DNA of 64,000 nt. It comes from Hyaloraphidium curvatum SAG 235-1 (lineage: Eukaryota; Fungi; Monoblepharomycota). Where the stretch lies: contig JAIVFI010000005.1 of NCBI GenBank assembly GCA_025558095.1, forward strand, positions 620,001 to 684,000, written 5' to 3'. This document shows, in pieces, positions 42,843-52,881 of this stretch (within the stretch, counting starts at the first letter, position 1; each line of letters starts with the position of its first letter). The notes beneath the pieces were generated by a model. The model searched no databases. It worked only from the letters and a program-made list of their open reading frames with translations, and was not told where the DNA came from. A program made the translations under genes and the position numbers.

Positions 42843-44543
42843 TCACCCGCGCAGCAGCTTCTGCCTCTTGACGAGCTTGTTCCTGTTGGCTACCAGCTTC
42901 CTCCGCTCCCCGGGGCCCAGCCCCTCCTGCTGCAGCCTGAGCGTCGCCGCCCGCACCTTGCGCGCAATCTTGCGGAGGAGCATCCTGCGCTGCTCCGCCA
43001 GGTGCGTGCGGGGATCCTCGGCCTCGTCAGCCACCGCAGTCGGGGGCGACCGCGCCGGGCCGAGGAAGCCGACCGACATCTTGCGCCGCATGCGCAGCGC
43101 CGCGCCGCCGGGACGGTCGGGCTGCTCCTTGGACAGCAGCGAGATCAGGCGCGGGGGGATGGCGGGGGACAGGGGGAGCGCGCGCGGGGGGGGCTCCTCG
43201 GGCACGCGCAGCCCGGGGTCGGAGGTGCGCCGCGCGGAGGCGGGGGGAGGCGGCGGGGCGTCGGGCATGGCTTCGTCCGGGGGCGGCGAGGGATCCGATC
43301 GCGTGCGCGGGCGCTTGGTGGGGGGTTCTCCCTCGCCCTCGGGGGCGCGGAAGTCGGCGAGCATGGAGCGGCGCTTGGCCGGGGCGGAGGGAGGAAGCTT
43401 GGCAAAGTCCAGCGGGCCGGTGGCCTGCCTCGCGCGGGCGAAGGGGAGTGCGGGGGGGAGCATGGAGGCGGGCGGGAGGCGGGGCGGTTCGTCGTCCTCG
43501 TCGTCGGCGTCTTCCTCCGCGGCGTGCGGCTGGAAGTCAGGCGCCGCGGGCTGGGGCGGTGTCCAGGCAAACGTCGCCGGCCGCGGGCCCACATCCTCCC
43601 CCTCGCCGTCCTCGTCCTCCTCCTCCTCTTCTTCCTCGTCGGCCTCGCCGTCCGATCCCGAGTCGCCGTCAGTGGTCAGCCCGCTCTCGCTCATGCGCTC
43701 GAGCTCCTCCTGCAAAGACTGCAGGATGGCCGCCTGCTCCTGGTACAGCATCGCTTCGCTCGCCGACGGGTACCCGCCTTCCCCGTCTTCGCCGTCCGAG
43801 TCCGAATCGGAATCGGAGCCGAACGGTTCGGGCTCGTGCGCGGGGGGCTGCGGCACGGCGTACGAGTAGCCCGCCGACAGCGATGGGAAGGCCGGGACGG
43901 GGTCCATCGTGCCCGAGGGCCAGCCACCGGGGTCGCCGCTCACGCCATAGGCGTCCTGCGAGCCAAACGCGTCGTCGAAAGAGTAGTCCACGTCGTACAG
44001 GGGGGCGGAAAACGCGGGGAGGGTGGTGTCCGCGGCTGAGGTGACGAGGCTCAGCAGACCCCAGGCGGCAGTGTTGGTGTCGGCGGACGGCGGGCGGGGG
44101 GTGGGGACGGCGGGGAGCAAGCCTGCGTGCGGGGAAAAGGGAGATCGGGGCTGGCCGTCGGCGGTGAGGGGGGTCGGAGGTGGGCTGAAGGTCAGGTGCG
44201 GCTGGGCGGAGAAGAGGGCGTCGGTGGCTGGCGGATCGGGTGCCGGGGCGGAGTGCGGCGAGGTGTAAAATGGCGGCGGATCGGCGGATGCGGATCGGAT
44301 GGCGATGAGGGGGAAGACCGGGGGTGTTTGGGAGGCGGTGCGGTGCGGGTCAGCGGGGAAGAAAAGGTGGATGGCGGCACCGGCACACGCACCATCGCGG
44401 CCAGCTGACGGCTCCCTGCGGTGATGCAGCGCCGATAGCGGCGAATCTGCCGCGGACGACGGCGGCGTGCGCAGTGCGGCGTCCTGGCCCATGCCAAACT
44501 CGGGCTGCGGCCGGAACCGCGACGACGAAAGCGTGCTCGCCAT
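42843..44543 (-). CDS. hypothetical low-complexity Pro/acidic protein with basic coiled C-terminus
   Basis: 566-aa ORF with D/E tracts, NLS-like KRPR and a helical C-terminus. The start is uncertain (possibly 44492). Confidence 0.5.
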   Translation of the reverse strand: MASTLSSSRFRPQPEFGMGQDAALRTPPSSAADSPLSALHHRREPSAGRDGACAGAAIHLFFPADPHRTASQTPPVFPLIAIRSASADPPPFYTSPHSAPAPDPPATDALFSAQPHLTFSPPPTPLTADGQPRSPFSPHAGLLPAVPTPRPPSADTNTAAWGLLSLVTSAADTTLPAFSAPLYDVDYSFDDAFGSQDAYGVSGDPGGWPSGTMDPVPAFPSLSAGYSYAVPQPPAHEPEPFGSDSDSDSDGEDGEGGYPSASEAMLYQEQAAILQSLQEELERMSESGLTTDGDSGSDGEADEEEEEEEDEDGEGEDVGPRPATFAWTPPQPAAPDFQPHAAEEDADDEDDEPPRLPPASMLPPALPFARARQATGPLDFAKLPPSAPAKRRSMLADFRAPEGEGEPPTKRPRTRSDPSPPPDEAMPDAPPPPPASARRTSDPGLRVPEEPPPRALPLSPAIPPRLISLLSKEQPDRPGGAALRMRRKMSVGFLGPARSPPTAVADEAEDPRTHLAEQRRMLLRKIARKVRAATLRLQQEGLGPGERRKLVANRNKLVKRQKLLRG

Positions 44544-45415
44544 CTCGGGGGGCGGGGAGCCCGGCGCGGGCGGGCGCGCCGGGTGCGGCTTGTCGCTGCC
44601 CGCTGGAGGCAGCGGTGCGGGATTGCTGTTGGCCCGCGCGATGTCGCCCGACTTGGGGTGCCGGCGGGATAAGCGACGGCGGACCGCGGAGGCGTCCGCG
44701 GCGCCCTGTTTCGGCCGATTCGGTGCTTACGCTGCGGGGATGAGCCACGCTCGGCCCGCGGCGGTGTGTTTTAGCGGTGCGGTGCGGCCTCTGCGGTGCG
44801 GCGGAGAAGGTGCGGTTTTAGTGAGCGACGCCTCCGACGGCGCAGCGACACCGGGAACGGGCGGCGGAGGGCGGGCCAAGTGTGCTCCGGTCGGGGGAGC
44901 CGCGCCGGAGCACTGCCTGGGTTTGCGGGCCACCGGAACACGGCGAGCAGGGGGCACCGCCCGGGTGCGGCCCGAGAGACGCCGCGGCCGCAGCCCGCGA
45001 GCCGCCGCGACTGGCAAAAGATGCTCACCGGAAGATGGTCCGCGAGGCACCGGTGCGGCGACACGGCTCGCCTGTCGGTGGTGCACAGTTTGAGTTGATT
45101 GCGCTCCTTCGGCCGGAGGATCGAGACCGCGGGCTGGAGAGTTGGGTCTTCGGATGGGACGCGTCACCGATTCCCAAGGCCCCTTCCCCACGCCGAGCGA
45201 GGCCTCGTGCCCTCCTTTGGCCAGCTGATGTCGATGGAGGAAGGTCTGGACTGCCGCTTGTTGCCGGCCGGGACCACTGGACGGGACGGACAGCACCCCA
45301 CCACCTCCCCGGAGACCTTTTCCATTGTGGCGAACCCCTGCAAACATCGAAGACTCCCCCATCCCTCCATGTGCCCATCAAAATCCCAAGATCCACCCAT
45401 CATCCGCGCATTGCC

Positions 45416-46208
45416 TCACTTGTTCACGTGCTTGGGCTCGTCGCTGACCTCCTTGAGCGCCCCCGCCACCTGCCCCTGGTCGCCGTGCCCGGTGGCCACG
45501 TCGCCGAGGGAGAGGACGCCGGTGATGCGCTTGTCGCGATTCAGAACCGGGAGGCGGCGGAGCTGCGAGGAACGGGGGGGTCAGCGGAGGGATGCGGGAG
45601 GGGCAGGACAAGGGGGGAACCTGGCGGTCTTTCATCTCCTTGATGGCCTCGGAGACGTCCTGTGCGGGTCAACGACGGCAATGAACTGAGCATCAGAATG
45701 CACAGCGTGCCGTCCTTCCGCACCTGGTCCTCGAAAACGTAGTGCACGCCCTTCGTAAAAGCATCTTTCACCGTCGCATTGCTGCATCGGGCCGCGACGG
45801 GAACCATCAGCACCCTTCGCTCCCTGCGTCGGCTTCCGCACGCACTTGTAGTCCTTCCCCTCGGCCACTACACGCCCCAGCACCGACAGATCAGCACGAT
45901 CACCGCCGCCGAGCGTGCCCACCCACCGGCGTAGATCACGATGTCCCTGTCCGTCACGGTCCCCACGAGCCTGTCGTTCTCCCCCACGGGAAAGAAGCCC
46001 GTGTCGTTGGACTTCATCTTCATCGCGGCCTCCTTGAGGGGGGTGTCGGGGGTGACGATCTGCGGACGACGGGTCAGAGGGTGGGGGGGAGGGAGGAGTG
46101 GGGAGGAGACCTCGATGTCCTTGGTCATGAGGTCGGCGACTGCGAAGGGAGGAGTGTCAGAAGGGGTGGAAACGGGTGGGGAGGGGAGGGAACGGGACCT
46201 TTGGGCAT
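45416..46208 (-). CDS. stand-alone CBS-pair protein of bacterial type, about 145 aa, 6 introns
   Basis: Spliced product: MPKVADLMTKDIEIVTPDTPLKEAAMKMKSNDTGFFPVGENDRLVGTVTDRDIVIYAVAEGK..HYVFEDQDVSEAIKEMKDRQLRRLPVLNRDKRITGVLSLGDVA..GALKEVS. Confidence 0.85.
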
Positions 46209-46797
46209 GTTGGCGGTCGGCGGCGGTTGCTCTGGAAAACTGGTGTCCGCGGGCTTCAGTAAGAGTCTCTGTAAGCAAGCAGCGCAGCTTATAGGCCGTC
46301 CGTGCCGCCCACTGTGTGCTGCGAGGGTTGACGTGTAGGTGTGAGTCGAATGATGACTGGGCGCGCATGCGTGGCACGCGTCCCTCAACAAATACATGGC
46401 GGAAAATGATGGTTTGCCGGCATTCTTGAAAGAGAAGTGCTGTTCGACCCGTATGCTGTTCCTCGGCTTATTGCCGTGCCAATTCAATTTCGATCGAGCT
46501 GGACCAGTGGCAATAGAGGCATCCGGCCGTGCGCCGTCCCGGTAGCTTTCGTCCGTACAGACAGATAATGCTCGCTGGATGTCCAAGCCAGATTAGAGCT
46601 TCCCGCTTGCTTTCGTAAGGAGATGGTGGGTTGCCCCCTGTGCGCCATCAATCGTTCCACTTGCGGCGAGGATTTGCCGACTTCCGCGCCGTCTCGAAAC
46701 CGCCCCCCAAACGCCGACGTGGGCCTTCTCGCCAATCCAGGCGCGGTACCGAACTCTTTCTTCCCTCCCCCCCCCCACCCCGCCCCCCAAACGCGCG

Positions 46798-48012
46798 ATG
46801 TCGGAGCCGGAAAAGAAGGAGTGGAAACCTCCCGCGAAGAGTCCGTCTCCCCGACGCTTTCGGCCCCGCTCCAGGCTGACGGACCCTCGGCAGTCGAGGA
46901 GCTCTACGCTGCGACCTCGGGCAACCAGTTCGCCTCCATCAACGCGCCCACCGCGGGCGCGAGGGAGCAGGTGGACAACCCAGCGGGGTCGGCGCCGCTG
47001 CAGCTCTACTCGCTGGCGACGCCCAACGGTGGGCGCCTTTTTCGGCGTCCGTTGCGGATTTGCGGCTGATTGAAGCGCGGTGCCGGGTCCGGTGGGTGCG
47101 GAAAACAGGCGCCAAGGTCGGGATCATGCTCGAGGAGCTCGGCGTGGACTACGACGCGTTCGGTGGGCCCCGTTCCCCTCCTTCCACCTCCTCCTTCTGA
47201 TCCCGGCACGCACGCTAGTGGTCAACATCGGCAAGGGCGAGCAGTTCTACTCGGGCTTCGTCTCGGTGAACCCCAACTCCAAGATCCCGGCGCTGCAGGA
47301 CCGCGCGCCCGAGGACGGCGGGCCGCCGATCAACCTGTTCGAGAGCGGGAGCATCGTGCTGTACCTGGCGGACAAGTACGATAAGGAGGGGAAGTTCATG
47401 CCTAAGGACGCAAGGGGGAGGGCGGAGGTGATCAACTGGGCAATGTGGCAGATGGCGGGGCAGGGACCCATGACGGGCAACTTTGGGCACTTCATGTGAG
47501 ATTGTTGTCGGGCTTGGTGGTGAATCGGGCGTCGGCTGAGGCGTGGTTGGTTTCAGGGTCTACGCGCCCGCGGACAAGTGCGAGGCCCGCGACTACGGCG
47601 TCGCGCGGTACGGCATGGAGGTTCAGCGACTTTGCAGCGTGTTGGAGAACACTTTCAAGGACGGCCGAAAGTTCTTGGTGGGTTTTGCCGTTCGTTTGGG
47701 TTGTGAATGTCACCAGGCTCACCAACTTGGTTGGGACTCTTCCCCACCCTTTCCGCGGAACCCCATTTGCAGCTCGGAGACAAGTACACCGTCGCAGACA
47801 TCATGGTCGCCCCATGGTTCAATGCCCTCCACTTGGGCTACAAGCACCCCAGCGGCGTCGACGCCAAGTCCTTCCTCTCTGTGGACCAGTACAAGCTCAC
47901 CAACGCCTGGCGCGACCGGTGCTTGGAGCGGCCGGCGGTGCAGCGGGGCCTGCAGGTGTGCCGCGGCACCGGAAAGCCGTGGCTCGAGAAGAAGGACGAC
48001 CAGAAGCTCTAG
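46798..48012 (+). CDS. yghU: YghU-like (Nu-class) glutathione transferase/disulfide oxidoreductase, multi-intron
   Basis: FASINAPTAGAR..PLQLYSLATPNG.KVGIMLEEL, GEQF.SGFV.VNPNSKIPAL, LFESGSIVLYLADKY, WQM..FGHF and RPAVQRG. Confidence 0.85.
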
Positions 48013-48533
48013 CCTGTTGACCTCGGACGACGGAATGGTGGTGTGAAAATGGAGCCGCTGTGTTGGACTGTGTGCGGGTATGGACGAATCTGCTCTGTAG
48101 AGCTCAAAATCGATCTCCATTGACCTCCTGAGCTGCTTCTTCGCCTCATTTTTTCGTGTCCTGACGTGGTTTGACAACCTCGCCACTCGCCACACCGACT
48201 AGTCGCGCAGGTCGGCCGCGAACCAACCTGCATCACCTGCCGATGGGCCCCCGCGACGGATGCTGCTGACGGCCGCCCGGAGCAGTTGTGAGGGCGGCGC
48301 GGGCGGCGGAGGCGACGGAACGGCGAAGGACCCGCACTGCCAAGGTGAGAAGTTTGGTCCGAGAGGGGACGCTGGTCTCCGAATTCCTGCGGCGACGCTC
48401 CCTCTGCGCCGCACATTCCGGCTCGGCGCCCCGGGTGCTGCTTGCGACGGTGCATTCGCACTCGCTGCCGGGTGCTCGGTTGCGTGGCGGTGGGATCCGC
48501 CGCGGTGTGCTGCGCCAGCGGGGCGGTCCGTAC

Positions 48534-51070
48534 ATGCAGGGCGCTGACGTCCCTCCCTCCCCAGCGCAAGGCACGCTCGGCGGAAGCGGCACAGATCCGC
48601 TCGTGGGATCCACGGAGGGGCAGGCAGGGGCGTGGGAACCGCCCCACGTCTTCACCTTTTCGTCGCCGACGGACCACCGCCGGGTGACGTACCACCGGGC
48701 ACCCGCGAGGTCGGCCCTGGCCCCGCTTTCCCCGACCTCCATCCGCGCCAACGCCGACATGAGCGCCTCCGTACTCAGCAAGGCCCGTGGCATGGCGCTG
48801 TCGCCGCCCACCTCGCCCGGGAGGGTGAAGCAAAAGACGCCGGTCAAGGAGGCCGCCCGCCCGGGCTCGGCGCCCGTCTCCCCGCCGTCGTCGGACCCGA
48901 GCACCAACGCCGAGAACGCGCTGGGCGTGGCGGTCGGCCTGACGGCGTTTGCGCAGAGGCTGCAGCGGATCGACGAGGAGCCCGCCCAGCCGGCTTCAGA
49001 CCCGCCCGCGGAGCACTGCGAAAAGGCGGCGGTGCCCGAAGCCGCTCCAGCGCCGGCGGAGGCCGACGACGAGGACACCGCGACCCGCGGCATTGTGCTG
49101 CCCAGCTACGGCCTGGACGATTCGGACGACGAGGACGAAAATGCGTCCCCGGCGCAGCGGAACAGCTCGAAGCAGCCTAGGAAGCAGGCCCTCCCCAGGC
49201 CCTCGCTGTCCCTGCACGCCGGCCGTCGGAAGCCCTTCGCACCCTTGGGCGCCACGAGCGCGGGCTCGTCCGCGGCCGGCCCCGGAAGCGCGCTCAGGGC
49301 GACCTCGGGTGGCAGCCCCGGGAGCAGCTGGGCGCGCCTGAACCAGAAGCTCCACACGCCCCAGGACAAGGCGCCTCGGCACCCCTCGCAGTCTCCCGGC
49401 AGCTCAAACGGAGAACCGCGGAAGAAGAGCCCGGGTTCCCAGGGATCGGCCCCCCGGAGTGTCGGCGCCTTTGAGTTCGACCCCTACTACTCGGCTCCCT
49501 CGTTCGCCATCGTCGAGATCCCGGCCCCACCACCCCGGCCGCAGTCCCCCGCGCCCATCGAGGACTGCTCATCGCCCTTCTTTGTGCCTCCGCCGCTCGC
49601 CGCGGCCGGCAACAGCCCATCCGAGCCGCCCGCCAAGCCGCACAAGAAGCGCAAGCACCGCGAGATCGAGGGCCTCCCTTCGTCGGGCAAGCACAGGAAG
49701 CACCTGGTCACGCGCAGCGGCCCCGGCGGCCACGTGGCTAAGGCTCCCAACCTGCGTCACCCCCCGAAGCTCAAGCTCAAGAAGGTCCCGCCGCCCGGGC
49801 ACCCGGCCTACCTCAAGACCAAGGCCTTCTCCAACTCGGCTTCGAGGCTCGCCGCCAAGGCAGATTCGGTCATTATCGGGAGCATGCCCGTGACCTACAA
49901 GAAGCTCAAGACCGGGGCCGGGGGCGAGAGCCATCGCGGGGCCAGCGCCCCCAAGCAGGGATCGCCCCTCGCCAAGGAGCAGTCGTCGTCGTCGCCGCCG
50001 TCCTCGCCGCTCAGCAACATGTCGGACAAGGAGAACGGGCGGGAGGCGAGCCGGTGGCTGCCCCTGCCCGTCAAGGCGCGCAAGTTCACGGAGGAGCAGG
50101 GTGCGTTGCTTCGGCCTTCTTTGCTGTCACCTCCTCACGCTCTTCTTCCGCAGCCCACCACATGCTCCGCGTTGCCCGCGAGTCGCTCAAGAACACGCTC
50201 AACTGCCACATCAGCCAGTCTGTCAACAAGCTCCGCAAGAAGCGCCTCGAGTGTCAGCGGGACGAGCTCGAGAAGCCCGTCGGCTCGCACACCGGGCGCC
50301 GCCCGCCATCGATGTTCGAGGGCGAAGAGGGGCCTGGAGCCGAGGCGGATGCGGCGGGGATGCAAGGCCCGGAAACCCCGACCGGGCAGCGCCAGGGACA
50401 CCAGCGCAGGCCCGTAACGTCGAAGCTGGCCGTGGTCGCCTACAGCGAGCGCACGATCGTCAAGCTCGGGCCCGAGGACCACGAGAGCCCAAAGAGCCCC
50501 ACTCCGGTGCAGCGCACCGTCGTGCGCCAGATCGCCGTGATCGAAAGCGACGACCTGCTGGACGAGGACATCCAGCTCGAAGACCCCGCTCCTCAGCCCT
50601 GCAACGTGCAGAAGCCTATCGTGCAGGAGAGTGCGGCTGCCTCGCCCGTTGGCTCCATGACCACACAGGAGACGGTAGCTGATGCTGCTGCGCCTGCCGA
50701 GACGTGCATCAACGAGGCTCGCGCTCCTTCGACCCCGACCAAGCGATCGCCCGGCCTCAGGGCCAAGCGGTCGCCGAGCAAGTCTCCTCCTTCGCCGCTC
50801 TCGCTCGCCAAGAGCCCTGAGCGGCCGCGCGTGCGGAGCCCGATCCAGCGCCGCGCCGCGCAGGCCCGTCGCGCTTCCCCGGTCGCCATCCCCGGCCGCG
50901 CGGAACCCGTGTTCCAGAAGGAGCCGTGCACTTCGCCGCCCAACTCGGACGACGGGGAGGAGGACGAGGTCCTGTTCGACGCCGTGGAGGACGTGACGGA
51001 GCCGTTCGCCGTCTTTGCGTTCGAAGGGGGTCATGAGGAGCACTTTGTCGAGGCGAACGAGGCGCTCTGA
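48534..51070 (+). CDS. hypothetical Ser/Pro-rich, Lys-rich (probably nuclear) protein; intron at about 50101-50153
   Basis: Two long ORFs joined by a GTGCGT..CAG intron. Contains many SP motifs, KKRKHR and a KEN sequence. No family recognised. Confidence 0.55.
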
Positions 51071-51175
51071 TCGCGCCGGCGGATGTACTGTTTCAATTGT
51101 GGCTCTTGCCATTCGGATTTGCCTGAAGTTCTTGTAATGGAGGCGGTGGAGGAAGTAGACGAATACATACGCAGA

Positions 51176-51960
51176 TCACGACTCGCCCTGTTCCCGCTGC
51201 TCCTTCAGCTCCTGCATTATCCGAGCCGCAGCGCCGGCCTTCTCGTCGTCCACAGTTCCATCCGTCTTTTCGGCGCGCAGGCGGAGCGCTTCCATTGCCC
51301 CATCGAAATCGGCGGGTGGGCGGTTCTGACTCATCTTATTGGTGCCCTCCGCTTTCTCGACGTGCAGTACGACGCCGACGATGGCCTTGAGCATGGTGTC
51401 GATGTAGGGAGTCGGTGCGCTGGCGGATACGGCTTCAGACGTGAACGGCAACACTTGCGGTTCCGCACTCACTCGCTGACCTTCCAGCTCGACCCAATCT
51501 TCCTCTCGTGGTGGTTCGACAGATCCGATACGATCTTCAGCAGCCTGTCCCGCTCCGTCACGATCTCCAGGCGCCCCGAACAGTGCACAGATTGGTAGTC
51601 CCAGGTGGGTACCACCTTGCCCGTCTCCTTCTTCGTCTGGTAGTACCCAGGAGAGATGTATGCGTCCACAGGTGGGGTAAAGATGGCCAGGGCGGCAGTG
51701 TTCGCCCCGGCGGAGTAGTCGAGCACTTTCCACTGCGGATTCGCCTTTGCGATGTGACCGACCAAGCGAAGCTTCTTCTCTTCGGTCCCCGGCACGTCGT
51801 CGACCTCCAGAAGCATAGGGAGGTGCGTCGCGTTTATCGCCACCGACGGCGAATCGGCCGGGATCCCCGCAGTAACGAGGGTCGCAAGATTCGCGCGCCG
51901 GATGACGTCCAGGAGCAAGGACTCGTGCGGCCCGATACGGAAGTGGGCCGGAACGTACAT
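51176..51960 (-). CDS. paiB: PaiB-family FMN-binding split-barrel protein; one intron near 51421-51474
   Basis: MYVPAHF, ATHLP, GHIAKANPQW, AYISP.YY..K..VPTWDY.SVH.SG, AIVG and KMSQNRP. Confidence 0.88.
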
Positions 51961-52061
51961 ATCTCTCCTTTTTGAGGGAAACTAGGGCCAAGAGAGGGCA
52001 AGAGTCGGTGGCACAGTCTACGCGCCGGCGGCGCACGATCGATCGACGCCAGACTACAACA

Positions 52062-52744
52062 ATGAGCGCCACCCCTCTTTCCGGCCTTTCTGCGCGATTG
52101 GCGCGTTCTTTCGCCGCGACGAACGCGTCCAGATGTTTATTGCAGTCTGTGGTGGCGGGCGTGGGCTCTGTAGCGCCTCTCCCAGGTCGTCGGAGCCGCG
52201 CTGGACTTCTGTATTCCACGGACGCAGCGAAGGGCCGCAACACGCAGCTGAAGGAACGCCTTCAAACGGACCTGAAGGCTGCGATGCGGCAGAAGGAAAA
52301 GCTCCGCTTGGCCGTTGTGAAGTCGCTCGTTGCCGACATCAAGTACGCTGAAACATCAGAACGACCGCCGGATGACCTTGTTGTCGTCATTCAGAAGGCA
52401 TTGAAGAAGCGGCAGGATTCGGTGGAGCAGTACAAGGCGGGCGGCAGGCCAGAGCTCGCGGAGAACGAGGAAGCCGAGGTGATTTGAAGGACTGGAGGCC
52501 CGTTGGATTCGGGAACTCACTCGATTTGCAGATCGCGATTGTCAACGAGTACTTGCCTAAACAACTGTCTCCAGAGGAGCTGGAACAGCTGGTTCGGGAC
52601 TGTGCCGCGGCCGTTTCTGCGACGGGACCGGGAGATCTTGGGAAAGTAATTAAGGAAGTTGGTTCCCGCGCGGACGCTGTGGTCGCGCCGCGGAAGGACG
52701 TGAGCGCGATCGCGAAAAGGATCCTCGGCGACGCCAAGAAATAA
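52062..52744 (+). CDS. AIM41: YqeY/GatB-domain mitochondrial protein, one intron
   Basis: Presequence, then LKERLQTDLKAAMRQKEK, KRQDSVEQYKAGGRPELAENEEAE|IAIVNEYLPKQLS and DLGKVIK. Confidence 0.85.
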
Positions 52745-52881
52745 AGTACAATGCTCGGCCTTGGGAATAGCCACTCTCTCTAGGTCTGCAGGGTACAGAA
52801 TAGAGCTACTGGTCGTGCTGTCGCCGGCAGTGTCCCTTCCAGGCTGTTACATACGCCTCGCCGCGAGTCCGCTCGAGAGAA

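Noticed and set aside
7415-44039. Many long overlapping or antisense ORFs (e.g. 10220-12895 -, 41433-44039 +, 22003-24030 -)
   Set aside because: These are shadow frames expected at very high GC; they are Arg/Gly/Pro-rich and lack motifs.
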